Source of the DNA: the human T2T-CHM13v2.0 reference genome, Homo sapiens
Reading direction: 5' to 3' (one strand)
NCBI RefSeq assembly: GCF_009914755.1
Contig: NC_060934.1
DNA length: 64,000 nt
The notes below the pieces were generated by a model. The model searched no databases and was not told the origin of the DNA. It saw nothing but the letters and a program-made list of their open reading frames with translations. The position numbers were made by a program, and so were the translations under genes. Each line of letters starts with the position of its first letter. Within the stretch, counting starts at the first letter, position 1. Positions 1-13,779 of this stretch are shown here, piece by piece.

Positions 1-72
1 TGCCTATGGTCATGCAGCTGGTAATGGTCAGAATTCAAATTTATGGTTGTTTCACTACACCACACTGCCACT
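1..72 (-). mobile_element. MIR SINE fragment
   Basis: tgcctatggtcatgcagctggtaat...cactacaccacactgcc resembles the reverse complement of the MIR 5' half. Confidence 0.55.
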
Positions 73-1351
73 CAATGTCTGAAGATGGCTTCCAAAAATG
101 TTTGTGCAATAGACATTTCTCTGAACTAATTGTACCGTGCCCTGAGGCGACGGATTTGCAGAACAGCTCTCTTGAATAGTAAGTGCTAGTATTTTTGTTT
201 AAAAAATTCCCTGTCATTAGTTTATAGCCTCACCTTGTCTATATTATATGGGATTCTTTGCTTGCCTAACTTATATTATCACTCCCCTGGGAGGGACTGA
301 GACTTCTTTTCCATTTCATACAGAGTTTAAGAAGCTGTCAACACTTAGTAAATAATCAGTATTTAAGCCAGCACAGTGATCCCTACAAATTATGACCCTC
401 AGGCTCTGAAGATGAAGAAAATGTTGAGTTGTGCAATTTTCCACTCTTCAAATAATCTTAATAGTGTGGATCATGTTAGTCCTAGTTTAATATTATAATC
501 CAAACAACATTTGACTCTGAATGCAGAGCGAGGCTTGGGAATCACCCAGACCAGTGTATTCAGAGACGACTCATGGCAGCTGGCTGGGCTGTTTTGACCT
601 TTCCAGTATTTGCAAACTGGCTGGGCATTTTGTCCCTCCTCTGCCTACATGACATTTACCACGCACATAATCACAGAACAATTGTAACATTTTAATGTTT
701 TTCTTTTTCTTCTTCTTTTTGAATCTTAAGGACTAGCTCTGCCTTGTGGGTTAGGTAGATTGGGGACTTGCATGTTTGTTGCTACTCGAATTCCAGTGGA
801 GTTGAGCTTGAGAGTGTCTATTTCCTATTCAACTGTGAATCTTCATTGTTCTGCGTCCTAAATCAAAGAAAAGTGGCTCACCTCATGTGGAAAGGGTTAT
901 TTTCAAACTCCTTGTGGGACTGTGTTCCCCCTTTTTAAGTGTGAGTGTGTCTGGGTGAGGCGAGTCCCAGTGTACATTCCATGGCACTGAAGGAGGTTGG
1001 CCTATGTGTGGTTTTGAGGATCAATGCTGGGTTGAGTCAAATCTTAAAAGTCCCCAAATAGTAGTATATTTTCTAAGAAGCATTTCAAGACTGTACTGCT
1101 GATTTCATGCCTCCTTCTTTATAACCCTTTCTTTTTGTGAAAGGAAATCTTTGACTTCCTTCTTTCTCCAAATTTGCCTCCCCATAAAATCAATTACATC
1201 TATTCTTTGCTTTAAATATCGATTTCATCGTCCCATGTTTTGTCACACTTTGTATTAAAAATCATTTAATAATGAGATGCTTTCAAGGAAACATTAAGAA
1301 TTCTTGGCCTGTCATTCAAGGCCCACTACAATCCTCAATTCTCTCCCAATG

Positions 1352-2068
1352 CATGCATGCATCCATCCATCCATTCAACAAAACTTTACTGAATATCTAA
1401 CAAGTGCCAGACATTACATTTTGTGCTTAGAGTACAGTGTGATGGAGACAGGCCTGGCCTCTGTCCTCAAGAAGTTTACAGCATGTTGGTGAAATGGAAC
1501 ACTAGACATGATCATGCAGAGTGCAGCAAGTGCTATGAGCAAAAAGCACAGGGTGTGCTGTAATAGAACTTGGGAGGGACACTGAAGACAAGGGACAATT
1601 TGAGGATGAAGTGCTATTTAGGCTGAAATCTAGTTTGTGAATAGGAGTCAGCCAGGTGAAAGACAGGGGAAAAGACGGGATAACATGTGTGAAGCCCAGG
1701 GGTGAGACAGCATAACATGCTGGGGAATTGAAAGAAGTTCAAAATAGCTGAAAGGTAGAGTGGGGTAGAGATGGAGCTGAGAAGGTGGGGAGTAGAGGAA
1801 GAAAACAGGGGCCAGATCCTACTGGACTTGAAAGCCTGGTGAGTTAGGACTTTCTTCAAGGTCAATGAAGGACTGCTGTAGGATTTTAAGCAGGAGAGGA
1901 AACTGATAAGATTTGCCTTTTTAAAACATCACTCTTGCTACCTTGAGGACAGTGGATCAGAAGAGAATGGAAATCCAGTTGCAAGCTGCAATTCAGATAA
2001 GAGATGATGGTATGAACAAGGAGCATGTCAGGGAGGACAAGATATGTGGACAGATTCAAGATCTTTAA
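1352..2068 (-). mobile_element. L2 LINE 3' portion
   Basis: (catc)n/cattcaacaaaactttactga tail, then L2 motifs gggccagatc, ggattttaagcagg, aaacatcactcttgct, gagatgatggt. Confidence 0.85.
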
Positions 2069-2409
2069 ATGTCAGTCTATCCCCAAAGATGTCACATAAT
2101 AATTGCATTCCCATCATACATTTCCCTGCCAGGCAAACCTTGTTCCTGGCCATGGATTCAAATTCTACCCACATTGATGTCATCTTTTATGATGCCTTCT
2201 CTGACCCTCAGTCCTCAGAATCTATATAAATGGTTGCAAGACATTTTTTGTTTCCCTTACTTCACCAAGAGAACTGACTTGTAATATCAGTTCTTGTTTC
2301 CATAGCATCTTTCTCTTCTCAAGTGGGTAGCAAGCAAGATGAAGAGAAACCATGTTGATACATCATTTTTTCCCCTCCTCTTGGTACTTCCTACTTCATC
2401 TTGTGCAAG

Positions 2410-2463
2410 GTGTGTATGTAATACATATTTGTCCTGTGTGTATGTAATACATATTTGTCCTGT
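2410..2463. repeat. Perfect 26-bp tandem duplication
   Basis: tgtgtatgtaatacatatttgtcctg at 2411-2436 and 2437-2462. Confidence 0.95.
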
Positions 2464-2557
2464 TGACCAACTGTGATCTTGCTCTCCTTCTAAAAGTTCT
2501 TCAGATGGTTCTCTTCCAGGTCTTATTTTAAATGGTACAACCAATAATCAATCTAGT

Positions 2558-2655
2558 AATTCACTCATTCATTTATCCATTTGCTCATACTTTTAATCAT
2601 TCACTTAGCATATATTAAGTGTCTGTTATGCCGTAGGCACTATTCTAGGGCTGAT
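2558..2655 (-). mobile_element. L2 3' tail fragment
   Basis: attcactcattcatttatccatt...taggcactattctaggg. Confidence 0.55.
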
Positions 2656-3971
2656 TCTCTGCTTTTTTACTGAGCTGCTTATTTCATTTTGGATACTATG
2701 TTTTCCAACATAGAGACAGACTTCCTCTCCTGTTTATCATGTAAAATGAGGATTGAATGTACTAGAAATGTTTTTCTGCCATAAGCACACCTTAGCACCT
2801 GGTACCCAGATGAGCTATCTTATGGCATGGGTAAGGACTAAGTTGTGGAATGACTGTCGGTTTCCCAGGTGGAGTGTTGGCTGTCTGTAGTTGGCACATG
2901 TCTTGCCCAAGGGACCCAAACTTTGGAATTTGGATGTGCACTAGGCTGAATTAATCCTGCTCTGTTTTTTAAACAGTTCCTGATATTTGTCCAATAGAAG
3001 CAGAACAAAATAGTACCAGTTACTTCAAATGTGTGATTCAGAAGAATGTGAGTCCTAATGCAGAGCTCTTAATGTAAAGAAAAAAGTTTGGCTTTTGCCA
3101 CTGTCATTTCACAGCTCTCAGCCCACCATCGCCCTGCATTCTACCCTGCCAGGAATGGGCACTGGACTAGTTGCGGTTTGGGAGAGAAGCTTCTGAGATC
3201 CAAGATTCTTCTGCGCTGGCTTTAAAGTGATTTTTATGCTAACATTGCATCAAAGCCCTTTTTTGGCAAATAAATTGCCATATAAGATTAAAAATAATTT
3301 GGGGGGCAGGATTTCTACCAGGAATTGAACAAACGATGTACTGTCTGAAGCTGGTTCCAAATTCCTAATGCATCTGCTTTGTACAGTCCCCATTTCATAA
3401 AACTACAATTCCTCATTTGTCTGAGTGCCTTCTGCTTGTGTGCTAGAAGAATCATACCCCTTTATTTCTGGCCCTACAGGCACCTTCCCGAGTTTGGGAA
3501 AACTTCTCAAATAAGAACCCACAGAAGCCCTAAATAATGCAGTTGTTGCAAGCATCCTTGTTCAACATTTAGCAAGTGGTCCCGTGCTTTTTCTGATCAG
3601 GGCAGATATAAAACATCTGTCTCCTCAGCCAGTTTCCCAAGGAGAGTTCTCAATCCCTGCTCCCTGTTCCTGCCAGAGCCGCCATCTTGAATTCAGACAC
3701 TTTTTCTAGTTTTCTCTTGAAACTCCCCAGTTGAAGAGATACGGCCACAGAGCATATTTAGATGTTTCTTTTGTTTGGTCAGTTATTTTTATCTGAAGGT
3801 ACATGATGATTCTGTGGTTCAATTTGTAGAAATTTCTAGGATCAACAGGCTGTTGTACTGATTCTTCATTTAACTGATCCTAGACTTTTTCCCCGATTTG
3901 CTTATGCCTAGTTTAAATTTAGGTATTTCTTGATTTCGTTTGTTTATTTTTGATACTGGATCTCTATATCA

Positions 3972-4355
3972 TTAGGTCACTTTAATTTGCAAGTAACAAA
4001 ATCCTAACCTAAACTGGCTTAAACAAAAAGGGAATTCATGGGCTTACACAAACTGGAAAGCAGCATTGGGCACAGCAGGATTCAGGACTCAACAGGATAA
4101 TCAGGACTCGGTTTCTCTCCATTTCTCGGCTCTGTCTTCTGCTATCATTGGCTTAAGTCTCAAGTTTCATGGGCAGTAGTTGTAGTAGTAGTAGCAGTTG
4201 GCAGTAGTGGTAGTACATTCTCTTAACTTTCAGGTTCTGTTAAAAGAAGTAAGTTTCTCTCTCCAAGATGTTCAACAAAATCCTGAATCTGCCTATCATT
4301 GGCTAGAATTTTTTTCACATACCCGTCTCTGGACCACTCCTGAGTCAGGGCAGGG
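3972..4355 (-). mobile_element. MaLR solo LTR (MLT1J/K-like)
   Basis: ttgcaagtaacaaaatcctaacctaaactggcttaaacaaaaaggg is the reverse complement of the MLT1 3' end. Confidence 0.75.
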
Positions 4356-4525
4356 AAGTCAGGCAAAGAGCCCTAGATACAGCAAAACAGAGCTAAGCTG
4401 CCTTTTACTCCAAAGTCATTTGGGGAACTGCAACTCCCTTTTCTCTTTCCTTTACCAATATAAGACTCAGGTTTGGTGTGAAGGAAAATCTGACCCTGTA
4501 AATTCATTTAAAACTCAGTTAACAG

Positions 4526-4590
4526 ACATCGCGCCACTGCACTCCAGCCTGGGTGACAGAGCGAGACTCCGTCTCAAAAAAAAAAAAAAA
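4526..4590 (+). mobile_element. Extremely 5'-truncated young Alu (AluY-like 3' end) with 16-bp TSD
   Basis: atcgcgccactgcactccagcctgggtgacagagcgagactccgtctc + A15; flanked by aaaactcagttaacag at 4510-4525 and 4587-4602. Confidence 0.92.
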
Positions 4591-5274
4591 CTCAGTTAAC
4601 AGGGTCTGAATGAACCATAATCATATGCATATTTATGATATTTTTACATTCATTGGTATTACCTTGTTTTTCTGTGTGATTTTTGTGGCATTGTTTTATT
4701 CAGTTTTTACCTTCATTTTCATTTTCAGTTTTCTTTCCATTTTATGCCTTATTTTAAAAACAAAATATTGTACAGTGCATTTAAAACATGTTCCTTTTTA
4801 AAAATTAATATGTCATTTTGCTTGCTATTTGTAGAGGCTGAACAAATGAATGGAATGTATTAACTTTCATATTTTTATAAAGTTTGTATAATTCAACTGT
4901 TGAAAGAGTGGTTAGTATTATCTTAAATGTGACATTTTGCTTGACTTGAAAGTAAGCAAAAATTGGTGTACAAAATCTTATATTTGAGCAATATGGTTTA
5001 GTCAAGGTATTTGTATTTAACTCAATCAAACCAACCAAAACATCCTTCTTTCTTCTCTTTGCTATCCTAATCCTTACATGCCAGGCTGAGAACACCAAGG
5101 CCTATCTATGGTAATTATTCTTAATCCTATTTGCAGGCCTAAAATTTTGGTTACAGCACACATATGAATTTTAAATAGGAGTGAGTAAACTCCTAGTATC
5201 TCTATTATTATTATTATTACTATTACTAGTTATATTAATTATAGTACAATTAATATTACTATTAGTAGTTATAC

Positions 5275-5495
5275 TAATAATGGCTACCTATTATTGAGTG
5301 CTTACTATATGCTAGTGACCAAAGCACTTAGATTTAAAATTTCATTGACCCCTATGAGATGGTTCCATTCCTGGGTGAGGAAACCAAGGCTAAGAAAATA
5401 GACTGAACAATTCGACAAGGCTGGGAGTTTATATAACTAGTAAATAACAAACCTTGGAATTTAAATCCAAATCTGTCTAATTTCAAAGTTCCTGG
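5275..5495 (-). mobile_element. MIR SINE with AT-rich tail
   Basis: ttattgagtgcttactatatgc...gtgaggaaaccaaggct...ggaatttaaatccaaatctgtctaattt. Confidence 0.75.
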
Positions 5496-5631
5496 TTTGT
5501 GTTTAGGTCTTTCTAACTGACAGATTTAGTCTTCAGGTCTATGGAAGAAAAATAACTTTGCCTTGGGAAGTCCTTTTCCCTAGCTCTGATGGACCAACTC
5601 TGGAGAGGGGCTTCGCTTAAATTGTAAATAA

Positions 5632-6064
<433 letters not shown>

Positions 6065-6319
6065 TCATCTGTAATTTTTGCTACTTATTCATTACTTAGT
6101 CATGTTTGGGAAAGAAAAGATCAAGGATATTGATTAAAATGAGTTGGAAATGATTGTAGAGTTCATAAAAGCTATATATCTCTATATCGTATCTTTGCAG
6201 ATAAAATAGAAATGAATCAATCCATTCCTGGGTTTTAGCATATCAATAAGAATAGGAACCCTGCATTAATAATAGGCTCCAAGTCTCAAGGCATCAGGCT
6301 ACAGAAGCTCTTCCAGGAA

Positions 6320-6810
6320 AGTAGCGTTTGCTCAAACTGCATTAAGCAGTAGAGGGAAATTTTTTGGCTAATGTAATTGAAAAGTTCAGGGGTAGTTAGC
6401 TTCAGGCACAGCTGGATCTAGGGGCTCAAATAATGTCATAAGATATCTGTATTTTTCCTATCTTTCATCTCTGATTTTGTGTCTTGGCTTAGTACTCTAG
6501 AAGGTGCTCCTTTTAAGTAATATAATGACCTCCCAGAAGCATCTAGGTTATAATCTATCAGCTTTCAAACCTAGCAGAAACACAGAATCTCTTTTCCAAT
6601 AGGTCTAGCAAAAATCCTGAGAATGACACTTATTGGATTGGCTTGGGTCACACACCCACATCCTAAATTAACGGCTGAAAGCAGGGAAGCAAACTGACCT
6701 GGTGTGAGTTGTATGCTTTTCTCTGGAGCACAGAAGTGGCTCAACCCCTCAAGAACCATAAATGCTGGAAATGTGGAGAAAAAATGATTTTCCAAAAGAA
6801 AGGCAGGAAG
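6320..6810 (-). mobile_element. MaLR solo LTR (MLT1K-like)
   Basis: aattgaaaagttcaggggtagttagcttcaggcacagctggatctagg...gattggcttgggtcac. Confidence 0.8.
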
Positions 6811-7779
6811 AGGAATCAAAGGAATAAACCAACCTGCTAAACAACAACAACAACAAAAAAACCCAGGTGTTTAGCATACTTTCTCCACAACTCAATGTCT
6901 TTATCTGGAAATAATCCAACTCCACGATGCTGCAGTCCCTGGGTACCCACTGATGTGGGGGACAGGCAGAGAAAGGTGTGGTGTGTGGGCTGTTGCCCAG
7001 GCGCTGGTTAGGGCAACCAAGATAGGCTCTTGGCATTCTAGCAGTTAGTTCAGTAGGCCTGGAGGCTACAGTAATTATGAGTGAGTGCAGCTCAATTAGG
7101 GGGTGAGGGGTGGGATGGGAGACAGCAGGATCAGGCCTGGGGAAAAACAGATTGGTTTTCAAACATCCATTTGGGGTGGTTATTAAACAAGCCTTTAGAA
7201 CACTTCTAAGACCAGTATTGTGCTACACCCTGCTGGGCGGCACTCTCAAGATATGACACTAGGAGATAACACCTGCTGTTACTAGTGACTAGAAAACAAG
7301 GAAGAAGCAGCAAAGTTCGTCAAACGAAACAGGACAGTCAGGGACAGACCACTCAGTTAATTAGAGGTCTTCTGAAAGGGTATGGACTCATATATTTTGC
7401 AGAAATAACCTTTTCATCAGTTGGGTTAAAATATATAACAGCTTTGTGGTTTTTGTTTTACCATTTTTAATTAAAAAATGAAAGATCACAACCTTCCTCA
7501 AAACATCTTGTCTTCCCAATGGTAGAAAGTGATCCTCACTCTAGGAGTGTGATCTGATACAGAAAGCCAAGATAACTTTGGTTCAAAGCAGGCTAACCCG
7601 GGTACACATTACTAGGTAATAGAATAAATTACAGGTTATTCAGAAAAATAAAACAGAGGGTCTCAGCTAGAAAGAGAAACTTGTAGAGATGCTCAAGGTC
7701 TGGAACTAGAGCACTATAGAGCAAATGAAAATTCTTATGGCTTTTCTAAACTCAGAAATTTAATTCAGTTTGATACTCA

Positions 7780-8242
<463 letters not shown>

Positions 8243-8959
8243 CTATGGTGGCCTGCCCTCAGTATGGACTAAAGGCAGTGCCTCCTCCATGCTAAAGCAG
8301 ATGCTGGCCCAAGCAACAGCCCTGTGCCTGTCAAAATATAAGCTAAGTATGGCATATGAGACTAGAGAGGGATCACAGAACCTTAGACATTTCCAAGAAA
8401 AATGAATAATATAAGGCTAGGTCTTGGATGGTCTGCATCTTATTAATCCCCCTTTTCCACAATGGTGGGCGGGCTGCCGGGGATGTGGGCTGCAGATGGG
8501 AAGCACACTTTCCTGGGGTTTTGTTCCATTCTCCAGGCCCCTCCTAGGCACCAGAAGTATTCATTTCCTGGCATGAGCAGGGCTTGGAACACTGGTGTCC
8601 AATTTGTCCTTGGGACAGCTTGGACGGCTGGCTGGGCCCTGGAATATTTGAAAGGGCCAATGGACACCCACTGTTAGGATAAGCTATGCCTGACCCAGCC
8701 TCCCAGGCCTATCTCTTCACCTCTGGATAACCAGTGTAGGCCCCAGCTGAGCTCTCCTACCTCAATTCCCCTGCCTCTAACTCACCCCAAACAAGGTGGC
8801 TGGATTCTTCATCTTAAATCACCATTTAAAGTGGTGAGCTCTGTCTCAAAAGTCAGGAAGCCTTCCTCTTTGTTTCCAAGAGAGCATTTGAATACTTTCA
8901 TCTCAGACAGGCCCCACCCTCAAGAGCCTTCAATACTCTCCTCATGCTTCCCTCCAAAT

Positions 8960-9260
8960 CTTTGCCAAACTTTTCCCACAGCCTGGAATACTTCTTTGCC
9001 TCAACCACCTGCCCCCACCTGTCATTTACCTGCCCTATCCAGACATCCCCAGCTCTCAAGGAATTTTTCAACAGATTGTTTATATCATCCAGTATTTGCA
9101 CTACTTCTTGGGTAACTAATTGTGTCCTATTTTGTATTTTTCTTTTTAACATATTTGTATACACTTATGCTGATGAGACCATGAATTTCTTCCTCTTTTG
9201 TATCTCCAAGAGGGATGACCACATAGTAAGTATTTAATAATTATTTGTTGAGTAAATGGT
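8960..9260 (+). mobile_element. L2 3' end
   Basis: gcctggaatacttc...tgtatctcc...cacatagtaagtatttaataattatttgttgagtaaatg. Confidence 0.7.
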
Positions 9261-10844
9261 TACATAACTAAATGATATTGCATGGCACTCAAAACATCTT
9301 TGTTATTTGAGTAAATCACAGGTTAGAAAAATCACAGCCTAGCCTCATCATTGCTATTTCCAAGTCTAAATATGATCTATTTAGTAGGTCAACATGCCCT
9401 TCCTACCATTTATTCTCATCTGTGCAAAAAGAGGTACTAGAAATATCTTTCATCAATAGAATTTTCCTAATGTTCCTACTCTGCTTAGAAACCTACAGTG
9501 ATTTCCTATTAGCACTCATGTGAATTACAAACAGCTCCCCTGACTTCTCTGGTCCTGTGACTTCTTGCTTTCATCAACTCCCAGCAAACTTAACTGTTGG
9601 TTTCTACCTAATTGTACTTCCCGGTTTCTACCTCATTTTCAGGAAGGGCACATCAGCCAGTCTTTGCTGCTTCCCTCCCTTAGTCATATGGTTGCTTTAC
9701 CTGACTCCTGGGCACAGACCTAGGGCCTTCTGAAGTTTTATCTTTAAAAGCCATATAAAAGCTCCTCTTAAGGGGGAGTACCAAAAGGGAGGAATAGAAC
9801 TCTAATTTACCATTCAGTGTCTGTGACTTGTTGAGATTTAAAAAAATAAACAAAAGCAGGCATATTTAAAGCATTAAAGACACATCAATTACTTCCAGCT
9901 TGTGCTATTTCCTTTTGAACTCTCCTCTTATGAATGTTACTGTCCCCCTGCTCCTGAGCTCCTTTGCCCCCTTCTGGGATCTGAGCCCACCCTTCAGGGG
10001 AATCTCCTCTGGGGAATGGGAAACCAGGAAAAGTGTGACGGTCCCTGAGCTGAGCTGGTACCCTGATGGCTCAGCACACCTTCCCTGCTACTCCCTTCCC
10101 ACTGAACAAGCTGGTGTCCATCTGCAGTGAAGGGCCAAGGGTGGACAGGGCATTCTGACTTTCTTGGTGACTGAGAAGCATAAACCCTCTAATTAGCAGT
10201 TCCCGATTCACAGTTGAGGAGGCTGAAAATCCAGAAAGAGGACAATGCTGGTGCCAGTAGTTCATATGAATGAGTTGTGGCAGAAACACATCCCCAGCCC
10301 TCAATTCCACCCACGGCTATATACTTTGTTTTGAAATCTGCTTTCCTTTGCTTGGAGTCAGCTCGAAGAAGGAGCAAAGCATTTTAGGATTTTGGGGTGG
10401 GCAGGGTCAAGACTTCAGGTGCCATTAAGCCAAGGGACTGCTGGGGTCAGGGCTGCATTCTATGAACTTCCCTGGCACTTCGGTCTCATGCCCAAGACAG
10501 TGCTCAAATTATAGTGGATGCTTTCAGCTGCATGAAATACAGATATCAAAATAACTTTATTATTAAATGACATCTGAGAAGCCAGTCTTCCTTTGATAGA
10601 TGAGAAAACTGGAGCCTAACAAGTTTACGTAAAATCTTTCTTGGATTTTCTTATTCGTGTATTTATTCATTCTGTAAATATTTATTTAATGCTGGCAGTG
10701 TGCAAGGCAGAGGGTCCAAGGACTCCAGTGCATTTGTAATAGAGCTGGGACCAGAACTCAGGGCTTCTCGCTCCTGCCCTAGTATTGTTTTTACTACAAA
10801 ATATACTAAGACAGCATGTTTATTCATGACTGGACCTGACCATG

Positions 10845-11082
10845 TGTTGAGCACCTACTAAATGCCAGTTATCATGTATGGGTGTTTGACATAATTATCT
10901 CATTCAATTTTGACAGCATCCTTCTGAAAGATAGGTGGTGTTGTCTTTTGTTTGTGATGAGGAAACTGAGACCCAGAGAGGTTGCAAGGAAACCTGTGTT
11001 GGGATTCTGCAGCTAGCAAGTGACAGAGTTCGGATTGAGTTTGAGGTCGTCTAAGTGCCTAATCCAGGCTCTTTCCACTCTG
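10845..11082 (-). mobile_element. MIR SINE
   Basis: ttgagcacctactaaatgccag...gatgaggaaactgagacccagagagg. Confidence 0.85.
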
Positions 11083-11714
11083 GTGCATTTGCTTCTCAAG
11101 TGCTCCCAAGACTCCACCTGCTCCCATCAAAGGGCTGCACTCCTTCAGACCGGGAAGCTTTGTATATGCATCCCCCTACTTGGCATGCCCTCCTTTCTTC
11201 CTCTCTACCTTTGCAGTCCCACTTGTCCCTCGGGGCTCACATCTTGAAGAGCTCATACTTCAAGAATGTTTAGAGATGAAGAAATCTGGCCACCAAGGTT
11301 TAGCCTAGCCAAGCTTGCTGTTTAGAGAGCCATCATTCCTTCAAATGCCTTTCATTTTGTCAAGTTTTACTGACAAGCTTAGGTCAAACTGGTCAGCAGT
11401 ACCACTTATATAAATGTTTGTCACTGGTCCTTTTGAAAATGAATGTAGACCTTGAACTGTCGTCTTTTCTTTTTTCTAGAATAAACTGCTTCTTGCCTGG
11501 GGGATGGTTATTTCCCATTATGCAGCCAAGTCAGAGAATGCTCTGAATAATCAAATATTCCAATGAATGGAGTTACATTACATGGATCAGCAGCTTTCAA
11601 GGAATCAGAATAAAATACACTTAACACAAATACTGTACTAAGCATAATGTAATTTTCTTGCTGGTTTTGCTGCTGATCCTGTGAGCATCAATTATCACTT
11701 AACAGGGAATCAAG

Positions 11715-12040
11715 TAACTCTGCCACTAACCTGCAAAGCGATTTTGGGCACACAATCTTCCATTTTGGAGTACTGTTTCCTCTTCTGTAAAACAAGCAAG
11801 TTGGATCAGATTGTGTCTGGTGTATGTGTTGCACATGTGTCATCATTCTCCACTCCTGAGCCCATGTCAGACATCACTAATCAATTGTGGCACTTTTTTT
11901 TTTCCTTTGATTTCTGACGGCCTCAGCATGCCTCTAAGCCCAGTGTTCCAGCAGCAAATCCGCTCTCAGTAGACTGGAGTAGACACATGAAATGAAATCT
12001 ATTTGTTATAATTGAACTAGATGATCTCCAGGGTCTCAGC
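11715..12040 (+). mobile_element. MIR3-like SINE interrupted by MER117
   Basis: ctctgccactaac...gtttcctcttctgtaaaac...ttggatcagat, resuming as aactagatgatctcc after the insert. Confidence 0.6.
11812..12012 (-). mobile_element. MER117 hAT-Charlie DNA transposon
   Basis: cccatgtcagacatcactaatcaattgtggcac...ggcctcagc...atgaaatctatttg matches the recalled MER117 reverse complement. Confidence 0.7.
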
Positions 12041-12489
12041 TTTTATGAGCTGCCTGAGGTGAATGCATGCTGGATGGAAAGTTGGGTGGTAGATAGTTTG
12101 TACTATCATTAAGCATTAAGTATTTTACCACTCAGCTGAGGGGTTGGGTTTTTTAATTATTATTTTTGTTTGCCTCCATTTCACTGACACATAGGCTTAT
12201 GTGGCTACTGAAAACTGTGGCAGGAATTATATCTAAAATTCTGGTGGGTAGATTCAAGTGGATTGTGACAAGGGAAGTCTGGTCAGCTTGGCTCGTCCTA
12301 GGATTCAACCCACCTTGGAAGCTGTCCTAATAGAAACAGGCAGAAATAATCCAACCCACATCTGAGTTCCCTCATCCCACAGCACTAGGCTGGGACATGT
12401 CATTCTGTGTTATGGCTAGTAGGATGTGATATACAAACCTCCTGGTAGATTATAAACTCCTTGGAGTCTGGGAGGAGGCTCTAGTTATC

Positions 12490-12660
12490 ATTTGAATTCA
12501 CAGCCTGGTCCCACAACTAATAGGCTGTTTACCCCCTGACAAGTTACTTTCTCTGCCTCAATTTTCAATTTATAAAACTGGGGAAAAATAATAATAATAT
12601 ACCTTAGGGGTTTGTCATGAACCTCAGATGACAACATTGATGTAAATGCTTAAAAGACCT
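12490..12660 (+). mobile_element. MIR SINE
   Basis: gacaagttactttctctgcctcaattttc...taaaactgggg...aataataata. Confidence 0.75.
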
Positions 12661-13054
12661 CCCGGAATATTGCTTTTTTTATTATTATAAAATCACAGCC
12701 TACACAACGCCTGATGAACAAGTGTTACTAGCATGTGTTGACTGATTTAGTTTTCAAATCACCATGAGAGGTAAGTGTCTAACCTTTGGAAGGACTGATC
12801 TAAGAAACAGCAGGGAAACAAATATGACAGGATCTGTCCACAAGACTGTGGGGAATTGAACAGGGCAGAGTTAGTACAAAGGGTTTGGATTCATCTGCTG
12901 CTGAGGCAACCAGAAATCAATTCGAGGGAGTCACACAGCAAAGGAGGCAGCTATAGTCAGCTTCCTGGCCTTAGGAGAGATTTTTATTCTTTTAACTAGC
13001 ATCTTCCACTTTTGGAAGCATAGTCTCAAATCATGAAAATACTCTTGTGAGAGC

Positions 13055-13230
13055 ACATTTTTATTTCATTGTGTCCTCAAACAAACCTGTGAGCTCAAGC
13101 TCAAGCTCAAGGCAGTATCACCCCTATATGATTAATGAGGCAAAGCTGAGGCCCAGAAAGGTTATGTAATTTGCCTAAGGATACATGGCTTGTGAGGGCA
13201 GAGCCTGGGCTGAGACTTTCAGTCTCACAA
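13055..13230 (-). mobile_element. MIR SINE containing (gctcaa)3
   Basis: ctgaggcccagaaaggttatgtaatttgcctaagg. Confidence 0.75.
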
Positions 13231-13779
13231 TCTCCCCCATCCTCCTTCTATCCTGTTCTCTTCAGGAACATATTTCAGTTTTAGGTTTCCCGGCAGTTTT
13301 TTCTAAACACTATCAAGTAAAAGCAATTTTATTAGTTCATTGATATAAACAATGAGTTGATAAGGGACTTTTATTTTCCCCAAATCCTCCAACCCTATGT
13401 CAAATGTCAGATTTATTTTTTGGCTACGAGAAACCATAATGTAAAAATGAGCAAAAATATTCCCACAAAAGGAGTCTGAGAAGTATACCTGGGCATGACT
13501 GTGAAAAAGAGGACAGGAACAGCATATAATGCTTAATGAAACGTATAAAGGACAGTACTGGATTTTATTTGAAACACGATCTTCATGTTGCTGCCAAATA
13601 AAACAAGTATGAAATAGGCACAAACCACTGTTGGATGTGTTTCTCAAAAGACTTGGGCATAATGTGAAACCAGGAGTTCACATGTTGCCCTTTAAATAAA
13701 ATACAGGAAAGTGTACTTTCTATGGAGATATGTCTTTTAGTTTTCTTCTTCACTGTAGAGATAGATTTGTGAGGGACCA

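Noticed and set aside
4198-4599. 133-aa ORF
   Set aside because: Non-ATG start; runs through an MLT1 LTR and ends in Alu-derived [16 protein letters not shown]
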